Shown: in pieces, positions 18,522 through 26,328 of the stretch
How the letters are laid out: each line of letters begins with the position of its first letter
Numbering within the stretch: position 1 is the stretch's first letter
IMG/VR virus record: IMGVR_UViG_3300025592_000048
Direction: 5' to 3' (one strand)
Source of the DNA: a virus
DNA length: 28,431 nucleotides
Translations under genes and position numbers: made by a program
Notes under the pieces: model-generated
Database searches by the model: none
What the model saw: the letters and a program-made list of their open reading frames with translations, nothing else
What the model was told of the DNA's origin: nothing

Positions 18522-19435
18522 TGTCAAATACTTTATGGGTTGAAAAATATAGACCTTCAAATGTAGATACATATATCGGTAACGAACACTTACTTGAGAA
18601 AGTATCAATATATCTTGAGAGTGGAGATTTACCACACCTCTTACTATACGGTAAAGCTGGTACAGGTAAAACCACTCTCGCTAAGATTCTTGTAAAAAAT
18701 ATAGAATGTGACTATTTGTACATAAATGCAAGTGATGAAAACAATGTAGATACAGTTAGAACTAAAGTTAAGAACTTTGCTTCTACTATCGGTTTCAAAG
18801 ATATGAAAGTTATTATACTTGATGAGTGTGATTATATTACACCAAATGCTCAAGCGGCTCTTCGTAATCTTATGGAAACATTCAGTAAACATTGTAGGTT
18901 TATCTTGACTTGTAATTATGTAGAACGAATTATTGACCCAATACAATCTCGGTGTCAAAGTTTTCAGATAATTCCACCGTCTAAAGTTGAAGTTGCAAAA
19001 CATCTTCATAATATTTTAGTACAAGAGAACGTGATTAGTAAACCTGAAGATATTAAAGTATTAGTAGAGAGTGGATACCCTGATATTCGTAGGGTTATAA
19101 ACTCTGCTCAAAGAAACGTAGTTAAGGGTAAACTTAAATTAGATACATCAAGTATCATTCAAAATGATTACAAACTTAAATTACTTAAAATTTTAGAAAC
19201 ACAGAATAAAAAGAATGCATTTAATGAAATCAGACAATTATTGGCAGACAATAAGATTACAGATTATGCTGACTTGTTTCGTTTATTATATGATGAAGTA
19301 GATTCATATGGTAAAGGTCACGTAGCAGAATGTATTTTAATTATTGCTAGATATGAATTAAGTGATTCACAAGTAGTGGATAAAGAAATCAACGTTATGG
19401 CTATGTTAATAGAATTATTAGGAGTTATCAAATGA
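18521..19435 (+). CDS. Clamp loader AAA+ subunit (gp44/RFC small subunit-like)
   Basis: LWVEKYRP, Walker A GKAGTGKT, INASDE, Walker B ILDECD, ALRNLME, IQSRC. ATG at 18521 overlaps the upstream TGA. Confidence 0.95.
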   Translation: MSNTLWVEKYRPSNVDTYIGNEHLLEKVSIYLESGDLPHLLLYGKAGTGKTTLAKILVKNIECDYLYINASDENNVDTVRTKVKNFASTIGFKDMKVIILDECDYITPNAQAALRNLMETFSKHCRFILTCNYVERIIDPIQSRCQSFQIIPPSKVEVAKHLHNILVQENVISKPEDIKVLVESGYPDIRRVINSAQRNVVKGKLKLDTSSIIQNDYKLKLLKILETQNKKNAFNEIRQLLADNKITDYADLFRLLYDEVDSYGKGHVAECILIIARYELSDSQVVDKEINVMAMLIELLGVIK

Positions 19436-19719
19436 GTATGCATCCAAAAGGGAGAATACCAAAAAGAGAAAAACAAGTACAAGTTGACTTGAAACAAGCA
19501 GATACTATTAAATGTAATGATTGTAATAACTATTTATTTATAACATCATTTATATTAAAAAAACTATCCGCAATAGTTTCACCAAATGGTCAAGAAGCTT
19601 TAATTCCTGTTCAAGTATATAGTTGTGGAAATTGTGGTAAAGTAGCTGAGGGAATGTTAGAGGGTGCTGGTTTGGAAGAAGAAACAAAGTCAGATAATTT
19701 TCCAAGTTTGGACATATGA
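19432..19719 (+). CDS. Zn-ribbon small protein
   Basis: CNDC...CGNC; ATGA overlaps at both ends. Confidence 0.75.
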   Translation: MSMHPKGRIPKREKQVQVDLKQADTIKCNDCNNYLFITSFILKKLSAIVSPNGQEALIPVQVYSCGNCGKVAEGMLEGAGLEEETKSDNFPSLDI

Positions 19720-19889
19720 GTGAAAAAAGAAAAACAATATTCACTAACAAATCCTCCGCTGGAAAAGGGGATTCACCGAGAGTTGGTATAAGTTATGAAG
19801 AGTGGGAAAAAAAATACGAAAAAATCTTTGGTAAAAAGGAAGAATCTATTCGACCACATCAAACAGATAACAGCGGTTCAAAACCCTAA
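19716..19889 (+). CDS. 57-aa protein MSEKRKTIFTNKSSAGKGDSPRVGISYEEWEKKYEKIFGKKEESIRPHQTDNSGSKP (missing from the ORF track)
   Basis: ATG overlaps the upstream stop (ATGA). AGKGDSPR...YEKIFGKK resembles a recurrent small phage protein motif as I recall it. Overlaps the next gene by 95 nt. Confidence 0.6.
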   Translation: MSEKRKTIFTNKSSAGKGDSPRVGISYEEWEKKYEKIFGKKEESIRPHQTDNSGSKP

Positions 19890-20313
19890 GTATTGGGAAG
19901 AGATATCAGACGAAGATAAAAAGTCTTGGTCTAATTATATGACTCATAGATTCCTATCTATGAATATGGATTGGGTTGAATTAGTAAATGAATTACAAAA
20001 GTATAACCTGAAACCAAAAGAATTATACAAATTATACACAAATGTTTTACCAAAGAAAAAACAATGGTTAAAATATACAAAAGGGAGAAATCAAATGGCA
20101 CATCCAAATTGGTTAATCAACATAGTTGCACTACACGAAGAAGTAAGTAAAAAAGAAGCATATGATATGGTTGAACTATATATGCTAACTGAAGGTGGTA
20201 TGTTAGAGTTAGGAGAACTTTGTCAGAAATGGGGAGTTGAACCTAAAAAGATAGCATCTGCAGGTCTAAATGTACTTGGTTCTATAGGTGGATACACCGC
20301 AGGAAATGAATAA
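19795..20313 (+). CDS. Clamp loader second subunit, T4 gp62-like
   Basis: WSNYMTHRFLSMNMDWVELVNE...LYTNVLPKKKQWLKY resembles the gp62 core; located just after the gp44-like gene. Confidence 0.65.
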   Translation: MKSGKKNTKKSLVKRKNLFDHIKQITAVQNPKYWEEISDEDKKSWSNYMTHRFLSMNMDWVELVNELQKYNLKPKELYKLYTNVLPKKKQWLKYTKGRNQMAHPNWLINIVALHEEVSKKEAYDMVELYMLTEGGMLELGELCQKWGVEPKKIASAGLNVLGSIGGYTAGNE

Positions 20314-20317
20314 AACG

Positions 20318-20348
20318 CTTGACTTGTATACGATTTTATTCGTATATT
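20318..20348 (+). promoter_or_regulatory. Sigma70-like promoter (TTGACT-N18-TATATT) with perfect 7-6-7 dyad, copy 2
   Basis: CTTGACTTGTATACGATTTTATTCGTATATT; TATACGA (20327-20333) and TCGTATA (20340-20346) form an inverted repeat. Confidence 0.75.
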
Positions 20349-20371
20349 TAGTTATGTAAATAGGAATATAA

Positions 20372-20755
20372 ATGAAAGTTATAAAAGACTCTAAGAACGC
20401 TTCTGTACCTAAGAATGAACGGTCAATTATAGAAATGATGGAAGAAGAATGGCCAGAGATGACAGAAGAGTTCAAGAAGATACAACGAGAACAATACGAA
20501 TTGTTCTTACATAAACAACACGACTATGGTCCTGGCAATATTAGTGTTGGAACACAATTACAAACACCAGAAGAAGTGAAGCTATCACTTACTGGCTTGT
20601 GGTTCAGGATTAATGACAAATGTCAGAGATTAAAAACCTTATTGATGGGTGATAGAGAATCAGCCGTAGATGAACCATTAGAAGATGCATATTTAGATAT
20701 ATCTAATTATGGTATAATGGCTACCATTGTAAAGAATGGTAAGTGGGGAAAATGA
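20372..20755 (+). CDS. DUF1599 / nucleotide-modification-associated domain 1 protein
   Basis: LFLHKQHDYGPGNI...FRINDKCQRL...EPLEDAYLDISNYGIM (KxxDYG...DK..R...ED...D..NY pattern). Confidence 0.8.
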   Translation: MKVIKDSKNASVPKNERSIIEMMEEEWPEMTEEFKKIQREQYELFLHKQHDYGPGNISVGTQLQTPEEVKLSLTGLWFRINDKCQRLKTLLMGDRESAVDEPLEDAYLDISNYGIMATIVKNGKWGK

Positions 20756-21615
20756 ATAGAATAAGTTATAGTCAGTATAATCAATGGGTTACGTGTCCAT
20801 ATAAGTGGAAACTTAATTACATTGATAAGCTAAGTGTTTGGACAGATAGTATTCATACATTGTTCGGAACTTCAATGCACGAAGTTCTTCAGACGTATCT
20901 TACTGTAATGTATAATGATACTATTAAAATGGCTGATGCTCTTCCTTTAGACGAAATGCTGTTACATAGAATGAAAAAGAATTACAATACTATTATGGAA
21001 AAGAATGGTGGTGAAGTATTTTGTGAACAATCTGATATGGAAGAATTTTACAATCACGGATTACTGATATTAGAGTGGTTTAAAAAGAAGCGTAATATGT
21101 ATTTCAGTAAGAAGGGTTATGAGTTAGTTGGTATAGAAGTTCCTGTTGATTATGACTTACCAAATAAGATTAAGTTTATTGGTTATATAGATATAGTTCT
21201 ACACGATACTGTAAGAGATAGATATAAAATTATAGATATCAAGACTTCCACGATGGGTTGGAATAAGTGGATGAAAGCTGACAAGACAAAGACAGACCAA
21301 CTATTATTATATAAACATTTTTATGGTGCTCAACACGATATTCCAGTAGATAAAATTGATGTAGAATACTTTATTGTAAAACGTAAACTATATGAAAAGG
21401 TAGATTTTCCACAACGTAGAGTTCAGACATTTCAACCTGCTAGTGGTAAACCGAGTATAAATAAATTAATGAATAACTTAAATCACTTTATTGAAGAATC
21501 TTTTATCGATGGAGAATATAATTTAGAACATAATTATATTAAACAACCCTCTAAAAAGAACTGTAGGTATTGTGTGTTTAATCAAACAGAACATTGTGAT
21601 GTAGGAGTTAAATAA
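20752..21615 (+). CDS. PD-(D/E)XK exonuclease, Cas4/AddB/RecB-like, probable 4Fe-4S
   Basis: ISYSQY...CPYKW, FGTSMHE, IEVP, GYIDIV, IIDIKTS, QLLLY, C-terminal CRYC-x6-C. ATG at 20752 overlaps the upstream stop. Confidence 0.88.
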   Translation: MNRISYSQYNQWVTCPYKWKLNYIDKLSVWTDSIHTLFGTSMHEVLQTYLTVMYNDTIKMADALPLDEMLLHRMKKNYNTIMEKNGGEVFCEQSDMEEFYNHGLLILEWFKKKRNMYFSKKGYELVGIEVPVDYDLPNKIKFIGYIDIVLHDTVRDRYKIIDIKTSTMGWNKWMKADKTKTDQLLLYKHFYGAQHDIPVDKIDVEYFIVKRKLYEKVDFPQRRVQTFQPASGKPSINKLMNNLNHFIEESFIDGEYNLEHNYIKQPSKKNCRYCVFNQTEHCDVGVK

Positions 21616-22037
21616 TGAAAAACAAATTAAGTCTAAGATTAAAATTAACTGATTTTATTAATACTGAAATAGAATTAAAAATTATGGAAAAGATTAATAG
21701 TATTCATAAAGACTTACATATAGCAGTTATGTTACATTTATGGTTTGATGAGGGTGAAGTAACAAATAAAGATTTAAAAGAATTTTTGATAAGATGGGAA
21801 GATAAATTATCTTTTAAAACTGTTGTTAAGCAAGGTTCTCATATTAAACCGAATGAGTTTATATGGTTTGATATAAATCCAAAAGGATTACCTTATAGTT
21901 CTAGGAAAAGATTTGAATTTGGGTATATTAATAAAGAACATATATTACATGGTTTACAAGATTTTTATAACGTAGCAAAATTCACCACCTCAGAAAAATC
22001 ATTTAAAAAACAAAAGAGAAATGACTACGAAGATTAA
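21615..22037 (+). CDS. Hypothetical protein
   Basis: 140 aa ORF coupled to both neighbours; no motif recognised. Confidence 0.7.
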   Translation: MKNKLSLRLKLTDFINTEIELKIMEKINSIHKDLHIAVMLHLWFDEGEVTNKDLKEFLIRWEDKLSFKTVVKQGSHIKPNEFIWFDINPKGLPYSSRKRFEFGYINKEHILHGLQDFYNVAKFTTSEKSFKKQKRNDYED

Positions 22038-22434
22038 AATAGGTATAGTTGGTAGTAGAGATTATACTAATAAGAAAAAAATAAAAGATTTAATATTTGA
22101 AATAAAAGAAAAGTATGGAGATGAAGTAGAAATAGTTAGTGGTGGTCAAAAAGACGGTGCCGATGGATTTGCTAAAAAGTTTGCATTAGAGTTTGATATG
22201 AGTTATGTAGAATTTCCACCATCACATTATAGTTGGAATATGCATTGTAAATTACCAGCTACTAAATACAGTAAACCATATTATGTTTCTAATTATTTCA
22301 AAAGAAACAAACAAATAGCAGAATATAGTAATATAGTCATAGCATTTATTCCAGATGGTGTTGAGTCAAGAGGTACAATGAGTACAATTGAGTACGCAAT
22401 TAAGGAAAAAAAATTGACTAAAATACTGAACTAA
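22021..22434 (+). CDS. SLOG-superfamily protein (YspA/DUF2493-like)
   Basis: IGIVGSRDY, IVSGGQKDGADGFA, FKRNKQIAEYS, SRGTMSTI. Confidence 0.82.
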   Translation: MTTKIKIGIVGSRDYTNKKKIKDLIFEIKEKYGDEVEIVSGGQKDGADGFAKKFALEFDMSYVEFPPSHYSWNMHCKLPATKYSKPYYVSNYFKRNKQIAEYSNIVIAFIPDGVESRGTMSTIEYAIKEKKLTKILN

Positions 22435-22442
22435 TATATATT
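22414..22442 (+). promoter_or_regulatory. Sigma70-like promoter TTGACT-N17-TATATT upstream of the RHH gene and glycosyltransferase operon
   Basis: TTGACT 22414-22419 and TATATT 22437-22442 with canonical 17-nt spacing; same hexamers as the two dyad promoters. Confidence 0.65.
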
Positions 22443-22472
22443 TATATATGTATATATTATTAGAGGTTTTAT

Positions 22473-22664
22473 ATGGATTACAAATTAACGTCAGTTAAGG
22501 TTTTAAAAGAACTTTATAGAAAATTTAAAAGTAGTAACTTAGATGATGAGTTTACGTTACAAAAATTAGTTAACCGTTCAATGGATTTATATCTATTAGA
22601 TAAAAAGTTTAACAATCAGATAAAAAATTGGCAGAATTTAAAACAAAGTGGGAGTAGATTATGA
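22473..22664 (+). CDS. Ribbon-helix-helix-like DNA-binding protein
   Basis: N-terminal alternating strand LTSVKV followed by two predicted helices (KELYRKFK...TLQKLVNRSMDLYL); GAGG RBS. Confidence 0.55.
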   Translation: MDYKLTSVKVLKELYRKFKSSNLDDEFTLQKLVNRSMDLYLLDKKFNNQIKNWQNLKQSGSRL

Positions 22665-22897
22665 ATTTAAGAGATGATTTATTAAAAGCAAGTAAATTAC
22701 ATTTCAAGGCTCAAGTAGAGAAGCATCGTATAAATGTTGAAAATATGTTGAATAATACAGTTGGTGTAGGAGACCATCCTGATATTATGGAAACAATTGA
22801 GGCAGAGTTAGAGAAGATGTCAGGTTATCACGACAAGTTAGAAATGTTAGATTATTTTGATGTGTCGATAGATGATAAAAAACTATTAAACGATTAG
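22661..22897 (+). CDS. Small hypothetical phage protein
   Basis: NNTVGVGDHPDIMETIEAEL resembles a small protein I recall from T4-like aquatic phages; function unknown. Confidence 0.65.
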   Translation: MNLRDDLLKASKLHFKAQVEKHRINVENMLNNTVGVGDHPDIMETIEAELEKMSGYHDKLEMLDYFDVSIDDKKLLND

Positions 22898-22904
22898 AGG
22901 TTAT

Positions 22905-24320
22905 ATGTCTAAGAAAAAGATTTTATTATTATCAGATGATTTAAGAATGTCATCTGGTATTGGTACAATGTCAAAAGAATTTGTACTCGGTACAGTTCAA
23001 CATTACGATTGGGTTCAAATTGGTGGTGCGATTAAACATCCTGAAGAAGGTAAAGCTGTTAATATGGATGAGTCTGTTCAAAAAGAAACAGATGTAAAAG
23101 ATGCTAAACTAACAATATATCCTGTTAATGGGTATGGTAATGCTGAGTTACTTAGAAGTATTATGACTCACGAAAAACCTGATGCTATTCTACACTATAC
23201 AGACCCAAGATTTTGGGGTTGGTTGTATGAAATGGAACACGAAATTAGGCAGGAGATGCCTATCTTCTATTATAATATTTGGGATGACTGGCCAGCTCCA
23301 CAATACAATGAGAATTTCTACGAGTGTTCTGATTTGATTATGAATATATCAAAACAGACAGTAGCTATTGTAAAAGACGTTGCAAAACATAAACCAAGAA
23401 CAGATTGGGATTGTACTTATTTACCCCACGGAGTTAGTGATAAATTTTATCCTATTTCAGTATTTGATGATGAATATAAACAAGTTGAATCTATGAAACA
23501 ACAACTTACAGATGATGATATTGAATTTGTGATGTTTTATAACAATAGAAATATCCGAAGAAAAAATCCAGGTGACCTTATATTAGCATTTAAGCTGTTT
23601 TGTGATACGTTATCTAAAGAAGAAGCGGACAAATGTTGTTTACTAATGCATACACAACCAGTTGATGAAAATGGTACACATTTACCTAATGTTGTTAAAG
23701 CTATATGTCCTGATTATAAAGTATATTTTAGTGATAAAAAATTAGAAACACATCAGTTAAATTGGTTATATAATATTGCAGACGTAACATTTAACATAGC
23801 ATCAAATGAAGGTTTTGGTTTAGGTACGTGTGAATCGTTAATGGCTGGAACACCTATTACAGTTAATATTACAGGTGGGTTACAAGACCAATGTGGATTT
23901 AAATTAAAAAAATATAATTTTGATACTACAGGATTTACAGAGGGATTTTTAACTGCAAATGATTATTCTGAAATAAAATCACTACACGATGATAGAAAGT
24001 GGGCTAATAACCCTGATTTGACTTGGGGTGAGTGGGTAAAACCAGTATGGCCTTCAAATCGAGCTATGGTAGGTTCAATACCAACACCATATATATTTGA
24101 CGATAGATGTAGATTTGATGATGTTGCTGATATAATGAAAGAGTGGTATGATATGTCATCTGAAGATAGAGTAGAATGTGGTACGAAAGGTCGTGAGTTT
24201 GTTTTAAGTGAGGATTCAATGCTGTCAAGTGAACATATGTGTCAGAATTTTATAGACCATATGAATACAGCATTTGATAAATGGAAACCAAGAAAACGTT
24301 ATAGTATTTATAAAGCGTAG
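22905..24320 (+). CDS. Glycosyltransferase, GT-B fold (GT4-like)
   Basis: ILLLSDD...SGIG, YNNRNIRRKNPGDLI, ASNEGFGLGTCESLMAGTP (E-x7-E). Confidence 0.9.
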   Translation: MSKKKILLLSDDLRMSSGIGTMSKEFVLGTVQHYDWVQIGGAIKHPEEGKAVNMDESVQKETDVKDAKLTIYPVNGYGNAELLRSIMTHEKPDAILHYTDPRFWGWLYEMEHEIRQEMPIFYYNIWDDWPAPQYNENFYECSDLIMNISKQTVAIVKDVAKHKPRTDWDCTYLPHGVSDKFYPISVFDDEYKQVESMKQQLTDDDIEFVMFYNNRNIRRKNPGDLILAFKLFCDTLSKEEADKCCLLMHTQPVDENGTHLPNVVKAICPDYKVYFSDKKLETHQLNWLYNIADVTFNIASNEGFGLGTCESLMAGTPITVNITGGLQDQCGFKLKKYNFDTTGFTEGFLTANDYSEIKSLHDDRKWANNPDLTWGEWVKPVWPSNRAMVGSIPTPYIFDDRCRFDDVADIMKEWYDMSSEDRVECGTKGREFVLSEDSMLSSEHMCQNFIDHMNTAFDKWKPRKRYSIYKA

Positions 24321-24328
24321 GAGTTATA

Positions 24329-25663
24329 ATGAGTAAACCAGTATGTTTAGTTACTGCACCAGTTGCAACAAGAAGTGGGTACGGAGCACATAGTAGAGAT
24401 ATAATTAGAGCACTAATTAAATTAGATAGATATGATATAAAGGTTTGGAGTGTTCGTTGGGGTAATTGTTCAATGAACGCATTACAAAGTGATGACCCAA
24501 ATGATAAAATGATTATTGATAGGATGTTACAAACTCCAGAATTACCTAAACAACCTGAGATTCACATGCATATAGTTATTCCAAATGAATTTCAACCCTC
24601 AGGAAAGTTTAATATTGGTATTACAGCTGGGTTAGAAAAAACAGCATGTCCACCTGAATGGCTCCAGGGTATGAATAAAATGGATATGAATATAGTACCA
24701 TCTAATTTTGTAAAAGATATGATGACAAGTATAGCATTTGATGTTCAAGATGACAAGACTAAACAAGTACAAGGACAATTAAAAATAGAGAAACCAATAG
24801 AAGTTTTATTTGAAGGTGTTGATACTAATATATTTAAAAAGACAAACGAATTTTCTAAAGAGTTGGTAGATGAAATAAAACAAGTTAAAGAAAACTTTAA
24901 TTTTTTATTTGTAGGTCATTGGTTACAAGGTAAATTAGGTCACGACAGAAAAGATACTGGTATGTTAGTAAAAGTATTTCTTGAAACATTTAAGAATATG
25001 AAAAATGCACCTGGTCTTATAATGAAGTCAAGTGGAGCTACATTTTCAATATTAGATAGAGAAGATATGTTAGACCGAATAAAACAACTAAAGGATACTA
25101 TAAAAGGAGACTTACCAAATATTTATTTACTACACGGTGACTTTACTGACGATGAGATGAATGAATTATATAATCATCCTAAAGTAAAAGCTCACGTAAA
25201 TATTACACATGGTGAGGGATTTGGTAGACCTTTACTTGAATCTACGATTTCACAAAAACCAGTCATAGCTTCAAATTGGAGTGGTCATATTGATTTTCTA
25301 CCTAAAAGTTCTGCTGTGTTACTTGGAGGTGGTTTAGAAAATGTACCAAAGGATTCATTTCCTGATAATATGTATGTAGAAGGTTCACAATGGTTTACTG
25401 TAAATTACCAAGAAGCTTCAGCTGTAATGAAAGATGTACATAAGAGTTACAAAAAGTATACACTTAATGCTAAAAAACTAGGAATAGCAAATAAGTCTAA
25501 GTTTTCATTAGATGCAATGACACAAAAGTTAGGTAAAATATTAGACAAATATGTACCTGAATTTCCAGAAGAAGTTGAACTTAAATTACCTAAACTTAAA
25601 AAAGTAAATGCTTCAAGTGGACCTCCACCTAAGTTAAAATTACCTAAACTAAAGAAGGTTTAA
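24329..25663 (+). CDS. Glycosyltransferase, GT-B fold (GT4-like), with duplicated C-terminal LKLPKLKKV
   Basis: APVATRSGYG, FLFVGHW...RKD, THGEGFGRPLLES (E-x7-E), ASNWSGHIDF. Confidence 0.9.
   Translation: MSKPVCLVTAPVATRSGYGAHSRDIIRALIKLDRYDIKVWSVRWGNCSMNALQSDDPNDKMIIDRMLQTPELPKQPEIHMHIVIPNEFQPSGKFNIGITAGLEKTACPPEWLQGMNKMDMNIVPSNFVKDMMTSIAFDVQDDKTKQVQGQLKIEKPIEVLFEGVDTNIFKKTNEFSKELVDEIKQVKENFNFLFVGHWLQGKLGHDRKDTGMLVKVFLETFKNMKNAPGLIMKSSGATFSILDREDMLDRIKQLKDTIKGDLPNIYLLHGDFTDDEMNELYNHPKVKAHVNITHGEGFGRPLLESTISQKPVIASNWSGHIDFLPKSSAVLLGGGLENVPKDSFPDNMYVEGSQWFTVNYQEASAVMKDVHKSYKKYTLNAKKLGIANKSKFSLDAMTQKLGKILDKYVPEFPEEVELKLPKLKKVNASSGPPPKLKLPKLKKV
25580..25660 (+). repeat. Two copies of the LKLPKLKKV coding motif (25580-25606, 25634-25660)
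   Basis: Identical 9-aa peptide encoded with several synonymous differences. Confidence 0.9.
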
Positions 25664-25666
25664 ATT

Positions 25667-25879
25667 ATGTATAAAAAATTGTTAAAACTTTTAGATAGAA
25701 ATAATAATAAAAAGTTAGATTGGTGTGAAGTACTATTTCCAACACCAGATATAAATAATAATAAAAGAGTTGATTGGTGGGAAGTATTAATAGGTATTGT
25801 GTTTATGATATCATTTTACGGACTTTTAGTATGTAGTGTTCTTTTTTTCAAGTATATATCAAATAAATACGGATTTTAA
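25667..25879 (+). CDS. 70-aa membrane protein with two EF-hand-like loops
   Basis: DRNNNKKLDWCE and DINNNKRVDWWE (D1-N3-N5-D9-E12), then a hydrophobic segment of about 22 aa. Confidence 0.65.
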   Translation: MYKKLLKLLDRNNNKKLDWCEVLFPTPDINNNKRVDWWEVLIGIVFMISFYGLLVCSVLFFKYISNKYGF

Positions 25880-25881
25880 AA

Positions 25882-26328
25882 ATGGAACGAGTAATAGATT
25901 GTCCAATATGTCATAACGTTGACCAGTGTTTTGAAGATATACAAGACGGATTTAATTCTTATTTGTGTTTTAGTTGTGGGTATATGAGTTCTACTCATTA
26001 TGAACAAGGTAGTTTAGCATTAATTGATAATTTAAAAAAATCACCAAAGTTAGTACAAAGTTTACAGATGTTAGATAAAGAACGAAATATTATATGGTTT
26101 CCGTCTGTAATTAATATGGGAGAAAAGGGAATGATATATCCTGAAGGTAAACAAGAATTGTGGTTTTGGAAATACGCTAAAGTCATTGATGTTCCTGTAG
26201 AAGAACGTTCACAGTATGACGGTCACGATAAGAAACTTGACCTTGAAGGAGCAGAAACATTTGGACAAAAAACTGGTTTCATGCAAGCTTGTAAGAAAAT
26301 GGGATTAACGAAAGACCTTAGTCTATAA
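25882..26328 (+). CDS. Zn-finger hypothetical protein
   Basis: CPIC...C...CFSCG near the N-terminus. Confidence 0.7.
   Translation: MERVIDCPICHNVDQCFEDIQDGFNSYLCFSCGYMSSTHYEQGSLALIDNLKKSPKLVQSLQMLDKERNIIWFPSVINMGEKGMIYPEGKQELWFWKYAKVIDVPVEERSQYDGHDKKLDLEGAETFGQKTGFMQACKKMGLTKDLSL

Noticed and set aside
20752-21615. Cas4-like gene as part of a CRISPR system
   Set aside because: No repeat-spacer array or other cas genes; solo Cas4/AddB-like nucleases are common in phage replication regions.
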